Shown one piece after another: positions 36,393 to 45,697 of a DNA stretch of 64,000 bases; the first letter of the stretch is position 1, and the number at the start of each line of letters is the position of its first letter. This DNA comes from Myxococcales bacterium (GTDB taxonomy: Bacteria; Myxococcota_A; Polyangia; Polyangiales; Ga0077539): NCBI GenBank assembly GCA_030652255.1, contig JAUSAZ010000196.1, positions 10,875 to 74,874 on the forward strand. The letters run 5' to 3'. The position numbers and the translations under genes are program-made. The notes below the pieces were generated by a model, which saw only the letters and a program-made list of their open reading frames with translations, ran no database searches and was not told where the DNA came from.

Positions 36393-37487
36393 TCAGAGCG
36401 GGGTGTAGCTGCTGCAGGAGCCCGCGTAGCCGCGGCGCGAGGAGGGGATGCTGTTGTTCATCACCCAGCCGATGCTCGCGCACTGGTACCAGTCGCGGTC
36501 GAAGCGGCTCTGGAGGCAGGCGCCCACGGCCATGTCGCGGCCGAGGGTGCCGCTGTAGCAGCGGCCGCTGCTCGTGGGGTTGGTCGGGGTGGTGCCGCCG
36601 CCGCTGAGCGGGTGCGTCGAGGCGCAGGCCCCGCGGCTGCCGCGGCCGGCGTACCAGGTGCCGCTTTCACACTGGTACCAGGCGCTGTCGAGGCGCGCCT
36701 CGACGCAGGTCTTCTCGGCCACCTCGCGGCCCAGGGTGGTGGAGAAGCAGCGCCCGCTGGAGGTGCCGCCGGAGAACGATCCCTGCGAGCCCGCCGGGCG
36801 CTCCCAGTGCCACGCCTCGCTCGGCACCGTGCGGCGGAAGCCGTAGCGCGACGCGTTGCGGGACATCCAGTTGTAGACCCCGGCGCTGCTGGTGTTGAGG
36901 TCGAGCGCGAGGCCGCTCTGGTGGTTGGAGTAGCCCGGCCGCGCCGCGAGGTTGCCGCGGCCCGCGAGGTACAGGTTGTAGAGGTAGCGCTGCTGGTCCA
37001 TCGTGCGGAAGCCGCTGACGACGCTGATGCGAACGCCCGCCGAGGCCGCCGCCGCGCGCATCGCCCCGAAGGCCTGCGCCGTGCGCACCTCGACGAGCTT
37101 GCCGTCGACGGACACCACGCAGATGTTGGTGCGGTTGCCGCGGCTGTACCCGGCCGCCGCGCGACAGCCCGTGGTGGCGTCCACCGCGGTGCCCGTGCCG
37201 TCGACGTTGGTGGTGCTGCCCTCGCCGTCGAAGGCCGGCGCCAGGTGTCCGACGTTGCCGTCGGTCTCCGCCGTGGGGGCCACGAAGTCGTTGCCGGGCT
37301 CTTCGGCGCCGTCCGGGCGCACGCCCGCGGCCTGCTCGGCCTCGGTGATGTCCGTGTCGGGGACGAAGCCCGCCATCGTCACGACCGGCGCCGGGGCGTC
37401 GTCGGTGTTGGGCGCGCACGCCGTCATCGCGATGGCCACCGAGAGCATCCAGCGGGCAGAGGTCTCGGAACGGGTCGGGGTTCGCAT
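36393..37487 (-). CDS. M15B (VanY-type) D-Ala-D-Ala carboxypeptidase-like lipoprotein with two C-terminal Cys-containing repeats
   Basis: SGFRTMDQQ, PGYSNHQSGLALD and SEAWHWE. Lipobox AMTAC. Repeats SGRC[FY]S.TLGR....C...R.D..WYQC. Start at ATG 37487 preceded by GGAGA. Confidence 0.8.
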   Translation of the reverse strand: MRTPTRSETSARWMLSVAIAMTACAPNTDDAPAPVVTMAGFVPDTDITEAEQAAGVRPDGAEEPGNDFVAPTAETDGNVGHLAPAFDGEGSTTNVDGTGTAVDATTGCRAAAGYSRGNRTNICVVSVDGKLVEVRTAQAFGAMRAAAASAGVRISVVSGFRTMDQQRYLYNLYLAGRGNLAARPGYSNHQSGLALDLNTSSAGVYNWMSRNASRYGFRRTVPSEAWHWERPAGSQGSFSGGTSSGRCFSTTLGREVAEKTCVEARLDSAWYQCESGTWYAGRGSRGACASTHPLSGGGTTPTNPTSSGRCYSGTLGRDMAVGACLQSRFDRDWYQCASIGWVMNNSIPSSRRGYAGSCSSYTPL

Positions 37488-37752
37488 CACGGTCTCCATG
37501 GGGTTCGGTGTCGGGGAGGAGCACTGCACTCCGCGGGCCAGCGCAGGGTGACACGGCCACCCCGGGAATTGCCGGGGAATGCACACCATCCGACCGAGCG
37601 CAGGGGTGGGAGGGTGTTGACCATCCCACGGGCGGCCCGTGGGACTCCCCTGACCACGCCACCATGCGCCTTGCCTCGACGGAGGCGGTGAACGTACCGT
37701 CCGCGCGCCTCCCCGCTGGACATCGTTTCCCCCTTTGAAGGACCCCTACGCC

Positions 37753-37965
37753 ATGGCCGTCATCAACGCGCACATCACCGGCACCGTCTGGAAGATCGAA
37801 GTGAAGGTCGGCGACGTCATCGAGGCCGGCACCGTCGTCGCCATCCTCGAGTCGATGAAGATGGAGATGCCCGTCGAGTCCGAGGACGGCGGCACCGTCA
37901 CCGCCATCCACGTCGCCGAGGGTCAGGCCGTGCACGAAGACGCCCCGCTGGTCACCGTCGGGTGA
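37753..37965 (+). CDS. Stand-alone biotinyl/lipoyl attachment domain protein (BCCP-like, 70 aa)
   Basis: VVAILESMKMEMPVES, close to the canonical E(A/S)MKM biotinylation motif. Start taken at ATG 37753. Confidence 0.75.
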   Translation: MAVINAHITGTVWKIEVKVGDVIEAGTVVAILESMKMEMPVESEDGGTVTAIHVAEGQAVHEDAPLVTVG

Positions 37966-38798
37966 CCGTCGCCCGGCGGCTGTGGCGCTCTCCGGCGCTG
38001 CGGTTCCTCGCGCTGGGCGCCGCCCTCTTCGGCCTCGAGTCCCTCGCGCAGGCCCGGCGCTCGCCCGAGCGCGCGATCACGGTCCCGCGCGCCACCGCCC
38101 TCGCCCTCCGCGCCGAGCTGCGCGACCGGCTCCACCGCGAGCCCACCCCCGCCGAGCGCCGCGCCCGCCTCGAGGCCTGGGCCGACGACGAGCGCCTCTA
38201 CCGCGAGGCCCTCGATCGCCGCGTGTGGGAGGGCGACCCGGTGCTCCGCCAGCGCCTCGTCGAGCGCGCCCGCTGGGTGCTCCGCGGCGAGGCCGCCCCG
38301 GAGCCCACGCCCGCCGAGCTCGCCGCCACCCTCGCCCGCCACCCCGATCGCTACGCCGTGCCCGCGCGGGTGAGCTTCACCCAGGTCTTCGTGTCCCGCG
38401 CACGGCACCCCGCGGACGCGCCCGCCGTCATGGCCGCCCTCGCCGACGCCATCGCCCGCGGCGACGATCCCAGCGCCCTCGGCGACGCAGCCCCCTTCGG
38501 CCGCGACGCCGCCCTGCGCAACGCCGCCAGCCTCGCCGCGGAGTACGGCGGAGCCTTCGCCGACGCCCTGCGCGAGCTCCCCGTGGGCGCCTGGTCGCCG
38601 CCCATCGAGACCCGCTTCGGCGTGCACCGGGTGAGGGTCACCGCGCGCACCGACCCGGGCGCCCTCACCGTCGCCCAGGCCGGCGCCCGCCTCGTCGCCG
38701 ACTGGCGCGACGACCAGCGCGAGGCCCTCGACGCCCGCGCCCGCCGCGCGCTGCGCGACCGACGCCCGCTGCGCCTCGAAGCGGGAGAGCCGCCGTGA
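37962..38798 (+). CDS. PpiC/parvulin-type peptidyl-prolyl isomerase-like protein
   Basis: GTGA overlap with the upstream stop. N-terminal TM segment. C-terminal block LPVGAWSPPIETRFGVHRVRV is typical of rotamase domains. Confidence 0.65.
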   Translation: MTVARRLWRSPALRFLALGAALFGLESLAQARRSPERAITVPRATALALRAELRDRLHREPTPAERRARLEAWADDERLYREALDRRVWEGDPVLRQRLVERARWVLRGEAAPEPTPAELAATLARHPDRYAVPARVSFTQVFVSRARHPADAPAVMAALADAIARGDDPSALGDAAPFGRDAALRNAASLAAEYGGAFADALRELPVGAWSPPIETRFGVHRVRVTARTDPGALTVAQAGARLVADWRDDQREALDARARRALRDRRPLRLEAGEPP

Positions 38799-38823
38799 GG
38801 CCCATCTGTCTCGAGGCGCCGCT

Positions 38824-38863
38824 GAGCCCGTCACCGCGTGTTGAAACACGCGGTGACGGGCTC
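38824..38863 (+). terminator. Perfect 18-bp stem / 4-nt loop hairpin after the PPIase gene
   Basis: gagcccgtcaccgcgtgt-tgaa-acacgcggtgacgggctc. There is no U-tract, so its function as a terminator is uncertain. Confidence 0.45.
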
Positions 38864-38888
38864 GGCGGCACCGTCGAAAGGGGCGGCC

Positions 38889-39878
38889 GTGAGGCCGCGC
38901 GCCCTCGCCCTCGGGCTGCTCTTACACAGCACCGTAAGCGCCGCCCACGGGCGCGACCCCGAGGTGGTCACCCTGGAGGAGTCCGCCGACGGAACGGTCA
39001 CCGTCGGCGTGCGCGTCGACGACGACCCGGCGCGGGTCGGGGCGGCGTGGTCCTTCGCGCTGTCGCCGCGGTGCCGGGTGCTGGACGCCCCGGCGCGCGT
39101 CCCCGAGGTGCGCGGCGAGCGCTGGCGGTGGCGCGTCGACTGCGGCCCGCGCGGCCTCGACGGGGTCACCGTCGACAGCCTCGGCTCGGCCCACGAGACC
39201 CTGGTGAGCGTGCGCCGCCGCGATGGCTCGTCCCTCGCCCGCACCCTTCGCCCCGCGGCGCCCGCGATGGTGGTGCCCGACGCCCGCGAGCCCAGCCCCC
39301 CGTGGTGGGACACCGCCCGGTCCTTCGTGGGCCTCGGCGCGGCGCACCTCGCGACGGGCCCCGACCACCTGCTCTTCCTGGCCCTGCTGCTGGTGCGGGT
39401 GCGAGGCACCCGGGCGCGCGTCGCGGCGGTGTCGGCCTTCACCGCGGGCCACGCGCTCACCCTCGTGCTCGCAGCGCTGGTGGTCGTGCCGGTGTCCGCC
39501 GCGTGGGTGGAGGCCCTCATCGCCGGGAGCGTGTGGCTCCTGGCCGCGGACACCTGGCGCGCGCTCTCGGAGGGCGAGCGCGACCCCGCGGGGGCGGGCG
39601 CGGCGGTCCTCCCGGCGGCCTTCGGGCTGGTGCACGGGCTGGGCTTCGCGGAGGGGCTGCGCGCCGCGGGGATGCGCCCCGGCGAGCGGGTGCTCGCGCT
39701 GGCGGGCTTCAACGTGGGCGTCGAGGCCGCGCAGCTCGCGGCCGTGCTGGCGGCGATGGCGGTGGGGCGCCTCGCGGCGGGGCGCGCGCCGTGGGGTGCG
39801 CGGGCGGTGACGGCGGTCGCGGGCGTGGCGGGCGGATGGTGGCTGACGGCGAGGGTCGTCGCGCTGGCGGCGGGGTGA
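38889..39878 (+). CDS. HupE/UreJ-family membrane protein
   Basis: GPDHLLFLALLL, GLVHGLGFAEG and FNVGVEAAQL. Start moved to GTG 38889 (after AAAGGGG) because ORF-track start 38838 lies inside the hairpin. Confidence 0.75.
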   Translation: MRPRALALGLLLHSTVSAAHGRDPEVVTLEESADGTVTVGVRVDDDPARVGAAWSFALSPRCRVLDAPARVPEVRGERWRWRVDCGPRGLDGVTVDSLGSAHETLVSVRRRDGSSLARTLRPAAPAMVVPDAREPSPPWWDTARSFVGLGAAHLATGPDHLLFLALLLVRVRGTRARVAAVSAFTAGHALTLVLAALVVVPVSAAWVEALIAGSVWLLAADTWRALSEGERDPAGAGAAVLPAAFGLVHGLGFAEGLRAAGMRPGERVLALAGFNVGVEAAQLAAVLAAMAVGRLAAGRAPWGARAVTAVAGVAGGWWLTARVVALAAG

Positions 39879-39927
39879 CGGGAATGCGGGAGGGCGCGGA
39901 CGGCGTTGGGCGGTGGACGTGGCGGCG

Positions 39928-40791
39928 ATGAGCGCGAGGCGATGGTCACCGTGGGCGGCGCTGGCCGTGGCGCCGCTGGTGTGGCTGCCCGCGCGGGAGC
40001 GGCAGGGACCCCTGACGGCAGCGAGCGTGCGCGCGCCCGAGGTGACGCACATCGAGCCCGAGGGGGCGCGGTGCGAGGGGGTGATGATCGCCGGGGAGTG
40101 CCTGCGCCCGCGCTGCGCAGTGGGCGAGCTCGACCTGGACGGGTTCTGCCTGCCGACGGCGGGCGCGGTGGCCGACGAGGGCGCGGCCGTGGTCACCAAC
40201 GCGCACACCGAGCGCACCGGGCGGCGGGTGATCTACGAGCACATCCCGCGGCGGCCGGAGGTGCCCGAGCACTACGACCGCTACGTGTACCCGGTGCCCA
40301 CCGAAGGCGGCCACGCGGTGTCGTCGGGCTACGACCTCGACCGCCCGGACGCCCAGCAGCGGCGCGGCGCCGGGCTCCACGCGACGGGCCACGGCGGGGT
40401 CGACCTGCCGCAGCCGCGGGGGACGCCCGCCCGGGTGGTGAGCCTGCGCGGCGAGCAGGGCGACCCCGAGGTGGTCTACGTGGGGCGGCTCTTCGGCACG
40501 ACGGTGCTGCTGCGCCAGGTGGTGCGCGAGGGCGAGACGCTCTGGACCTACCTGACCCTGTACGGCCACCTCGACGCGCCGGCCCAGGGGCTGGCGCGGG
40601 GGATGTTCGTGCGGCCGGGCGCGGTGGTGGGCTACGTGGGCGACAGCGGCGCGGAGGGCTTCGTGCACCTGCACTACGAGGTGCGGCGGGTGCGCGCGGG
40701 GGTCGACGTGATGCGGGAGGACATCGCGCGGGTCACGGAGCAGGAGGTGAGCGTCCCCTGCGACCCGCGCAACGTGCTGCCGTGGCGCTGA
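39928..40791 (+). CDS. M23-family metallopeptidase
   Basis: HGGVDL (HxxxD) and FVHLHYEV (HxH). N-terminal signal-like segment. Confidence 0.8.
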   Translation: MSARRWSPWAALAVAPLVWLPARERQGPLTAASVRAPEVTHIEPEGARCEGVMIAGECLRPRCAVGELDLDGFCLPTAGAVADEGAAVVTNAHTERTGRRVIYEHIPRRPEVPEHYDRYVYPVPTEGGHAVSSGYDLDRPDAQQRRGAGLHATGHGGVDLPQPRGTPARVVSLRGEQGDPEVVYVGRLFGTTVLLRQVVREGETLWTYLTLYGHLDAPAQGLARGMFVRPGAVVGYVGDSGAEGFVHLHYEVRRVRAGVDVMREDIARVTEQEVSVPCDPRNVLPWR

Positions 40792-40797
40792 GGCGCT

Positions 40798-43155
40798 TCA
40801 GCGGTAGTAGCCGAAGGAGAGCAGGTAGTCGGGGACGGTGGTGGTGCTCCGGAGGCCGGTGACGCAGACGGCGTAGCTGCCCGCCGAGACGTTGCGCGCG
40901 TTGGTCTGCACCGTCGGGTTGAGCATCGGGCAGAGCCCGAAGCCGTCGGAGTCGTCCTGGGAGGTGACGGTGCTGCTGCCCGTGCCCGAGGCGGCCAGCC
41001 GGTACAGGGTGATCACCGGGTCGGCGCCCCCAATCGGGCAACCCGGCGCCATGGGGAGCTGCACCTGCGCGTAGATCGAGGCGCCCGCCGGCACCGTGAG
41101 CCCGAAGCAGTCGCGGTCGCCCGCGGTGATGCTCCCGGTGAAGGCCGCGCCCGTGGTCGAGGTCGTCATCGGCGGGTTGATCGGGTTGTTGTCCTCGGCC
41201 TCGGCCTGGGCCCTGGCGCACGAGCCCGCGGTGGCGCTCGTGGCGACGCAGCCCTCGCCCGTCGGGCAGAGGGTGCTGCGGCCGGTCCAGTCGCAGGTCG
41301 CCCCCGAGGCCACCGTGCTCAGGCACCACCCCTCGTTGGTGTACGCCGACGAGCAGGTCAGGGACGTGTTGCAGCGCGGCGCGTCGGCGCGGCAGAAGTT
41401 GCCCGCCCCGCCGTCGGCCACGCAGATCATGCCGCCGCCCGACGCGAGGCAGCGGCTGCCGCTCGCGCACACGCTCGCCGCCGTGCACGCCCCGCCCACC
41501 GGCACGGCCATCACGCAGCGCGAAGCCGTCGCGGTCTGCGTGCCATTGCAGCCGAGGCCCGCGTCGCAGGCCATGCCCGAGGCGCGGCAGCGGCCGTTGA
41601 GGCTGCCGTCGGCCACGCAGACCGCGGAGAGGCAGGTGCTCCCGGCGACGCAGATGCTCCCGGTGGGGCACGCCCCGCCGACGGCCACGGCCATCACGCA
41701 GCGCGAGGCCGTCGCGGTCTGCGTGCCGGTGCAGCCGAGGCCCGCGTCGCAGGCGACGCCCGACGCGCGGCAGCGGCCGTTGGCGGTGCCGTCCGCCACG
41801 CAGGTGGTGTTGCCGGCCACGGTGAGGCAGGTGCTCCCGGTGACGCAGGGGTCGCCCGTGCCGGCGGCGTCGCAGGCCGCGCCCACGGCGATGGTGCCCC
41901 GGCAGCGCGAGGACGTGCTGCTGACCGCGCCGCTGCACACCAGGGTGGCGTCGCAGGCCATGCCGGTGCTCCGGCAGCGGCCGCCCGCGGTGCCCTCGGC
42001 GACGCAGGTGCTGGCGCCCGACGCGGTGATGCAGTGGCTCCCGGCGGCGCACACGTTGGCGGCACCCGCGGGGTCGCAGGCCCCGCCGACGGCGACGGTG
42101 GCCCGGCAGCGCGAGGCGGTGCTGGTGACCGCGCCGCTGCAGGTGAGGCCCGCGTCGCAGGCGAGGCCCGCGCTGCGGCAGCGGGCGCCCGCGGTGCCGT
42201 CCGCGAGGCAGGTGCCCACGGTGGTCGAGGTGCCCGTGGGGACGCAGCGCAGGGCCGCGACGCAGGGGGCCGGGGTGACCTCCCGCGGGTCGCACGCGGC
42301 GCCGGTCATCCCGGGGTACACCTCGGTCACCGTGAGCGCGAAGGCGCCCGTCGGGGTGGTGGTGGAGGCGCCGTCGTAGCCGGCCACGATGATGTACACG
42401 GGCGTGCCCGCGGTGACCGCCGCGGAGGTGGTGAACACCGACGAGAACCCGCGCGGGTCGTTGCCGCTGTCGTCGTCGCAGCCGAGGCCGCTGTTGCCGC
42501 TCGGGAGCGACGCGCACGCGGCCTGCGCCCAGACGACGGTGTCGAGGTTGACGGCGGTGCCCGCGTTGTCCGTCGACACCCGCAGGCGGACCCCCGCGCG
42601 GGGCACGTACCGGAACGCCACCTGGTGACCGATGGAGCTCGCGGAGCCGCAGGCCGGGCGCAGCGGCGCCGAGCGGCCCGTCGAGGCGTTGCTCCCCGTG
42701 TAGCTGGTGGTCTCGCCCGCGAGGGTGCCCATCGCGTTGAGGTCGATGACCGCCGAGGTCGCGCAGGGGTCGTAGGCCGGGCCCGTGTCGAGCGGACCGG
42801 TGTCGCGCACGCCCGTGTCGAAGGCGCCGGTGTCGCGCACGCCGGTGTCGCGCGCGCCGCTGTCGACGGTGGGCACGTCGCGCCCCAGGTCGGTCGCCAC
42901 GGCGTCGCGCAGCCCGGCGTCGCGCAGCCCGGCGTCGACGACCGCGGCCTCTCGCGGGACGTCGGTCACGCCGCGGTCGGTGGGTGCGCCGGCGTCGCGG
43001 GCGCCGCCCGCATCGAGCGCGGCGCCGACGTCGTCCGGGCCGACGTCCTCCGTGGCCTCCGCGTCGGAGCCCACGTAGATAAGGTCGGCTGGCTCGACGG
43101 CGCAGCGGGTGAGGAGGCAGCCGAGGGCGAATCCGAGAGCACGCCGGGTGCGCAT
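40798..43155 (-). CDS. Cys-rich repeat lipoprotein with C-terminal PPC-like (pre-peptidase C-terminal) domain
   Basis: Signal/lipobox region ALGFALGCLLTRC. RDTG/RDAG low-complexity repeats. About 5-6 modules of ~61 aa (GRCR..G.ACDAGL.C.G......SRC.....VGGAC). C-terminal AEDNNP...TGSITAGDRDCF. Confidence 0.7.
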   Translation of the reverse strand: MRTRRALGFALGCLLTRCAVEPADLIYVGSDAEATEDVGPDDVGAALDAGGARDAGAPTDRGVTDVPREAAVVDAGLRDAGLRDAVATDLGRDVPTVDSGARDTGVRDTGAFDTGVRDTGPLDTGPAYDPCATSAVIDLNAMGTLAGETTSYTGSNASTGRSAPLRPACGSASSIGHQVAFRYVPRAGVRLRVSTDNAGTAVNLDTVVWAQAACASLPSGNSGLGCDDDSGNDPRGFSSVFTTSAAVTAGTPVYIIVAGYDGASTTTPTGAFALTVTEVYPGMTGAACDPREVTPAPCVAALRCVPTGTSTTVGTCLADGTAGARCRSAGLACDAGLTCSGAVTSTASRCRATVAVGGACDPAGAANVCAAGSHCITASGASTCVAEGTAGGRCRSTGMACDATLVCSGAVSSTSSRCRGTIAVGAACDAAGTGDPCVTGSTCLTVAGNTTCVADGTANGRCRASGVACDAGLGCTGTQTATASRCVMAVAVGGACPTGSICVAGSTCLSAVCVADGSLNGRCRASGMACDAGLGCNGTQTATASRCVMAVPVGGACTAASVCASGSRCLASGGGMICVADGGAGNFCRADAPRCNTSLTCSSAYTNEGWCLSTVASGATCDWTGRSTLCPTGEGCVATSATAGSCARAQAEAEDNNPINPPMTTSTTGAAFTGSITAGDRDCFGLTVPAGASIYAQVQLPMAPGCPIGGADPVITLYRLAASGTGSSTVTSQDDSDGFGLCPMLNPTVQTNARNVSAGSYAVCVTGLRSTTTVPDYLLSFGYYR

Positions 43156-43224
43156 GATCCGTCTATATCATCGCGGTTTCGTCGATCGTCGGCTGCTCGG
43201 TGATTTCGGTGATACAACGCAGCG

Positions 43225-44540
<1,316 letters not shown>

Positions 44541-44544
<4 letters not shown>

Positions 44545-45590
44545 TCGGTCTCATCATCAACCCCAACTCGCGCAAGAACCGCAACCGCCGGGGTCGCGTC
44601 GCGCGCTTCGAGAAGGTGCTCGGCAAGCGCGGGCGCGTCATCGAGACGCCCTCCGTCGACGCGATCATCCCCGCCCTCAAGACCTTCGCGGCCGAGGGTC
44701 GCCGCTACTGGATCGCCGACGGCGGCGACGGCGCCCTCCACTGGATGATCAACGAGGCCGTCCGCTTCTTCGGCGCGGCGCGCGCCGCCGAGGCCGCCAT
44801 CTACATGCCCACGGGCGGCGGCTCGGTCGACTTCGTCGCGAAGTACCTGAAGCTCGACGGCGACCCCCTCGCCCTCGTCGGGCGGCTCGCCGAGCAGGTC
44901 GCCGAGGGGCGCGCCCCGGCCACCCGCGACGTGCCCTCGCTGCTGCTCCAGGGGCGCCAGGTGGTCTACGGCGACGAGCCCACGGACTTCCGTCGCTACG
45001 GCTTCGGCAACGCGCTCGCCGGCTACGGCGCCAACTTCTACGGCCCGCTGTACCGCGGCGAGGGCAAGCACGGCCCGGCGCAGATCGCTCGGCACATCGC
45101 CTCCGCCTTCGGCGCCGCCGCCCTGCGCAGCGCCTTCTCTGGTCCCCTCGCGGCCCTCAAGCCCCCCGCGGTGCGCCGCGCCGAGGACGACTACCTCCGC
45201 CCCCTTCACGCCGAGGTGCGCATCGACGACGCCGTGCTGCGCGGCGACGACGGCAAGGCCATCCACACCCACACGGCCCTCAACTGCGCCTCGCTCCCGC
45301 TCAACCTCGCGGACATCATGCGGGTCTTCCCGAAGGCCGAGGCCGGGCACATGCACGTGCACGCGGGCGACGTGAGCGCCACCGAGATGGCCCGGGCCTT
45401 CCCCGGGCTGATGACCGGGCGCTCGGTCAACCACCTCCTCGCCAACGCCTACGACGGCCCCGCGACCTCGATGGAGGTCAGCTGCCTCGACGGCGACGAG
45501 ATGACCCCGGTGATCGACGGCGAGCTCTTCTACCGCATCACCTCGCTGCGCATCACGATGGGCCCGATGTTCCGGATGGTGTCGCCGTAG
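44541..45590 (+). CDS. Diacylglycerol/sphingosine-kinase-like lipid kinase (DAGK catalytic domain family)
   Basis: ATGA overlap with the OmpA stop. LIINPNS, IADGGDGALHWMINE (GGDG) and MPTGGGSVDF. Confidence 0.7.
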
Positions 45591-45697
45591 CCGCCCGGTC
45601 GCGGAGCGTCTGAAAACAGGGGACTGGTGCTGGCACGGCGCAGGGCGGCGGAGAAGCCCCGCGCGCGCACCCCGCGGTGTGTGATACCGCATCGGGT

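Noticed and set aside
40791-40798. A 6-nt gap between convergent stops (M23 peptidase and Cys-rich lipoprotein), with a partly palindromic ctgaggcgcttcag.
   Set aside because: It is not a true palindrome (mismatches at 4 positions) and is too short for a terminator. This is merely tight gene packing.
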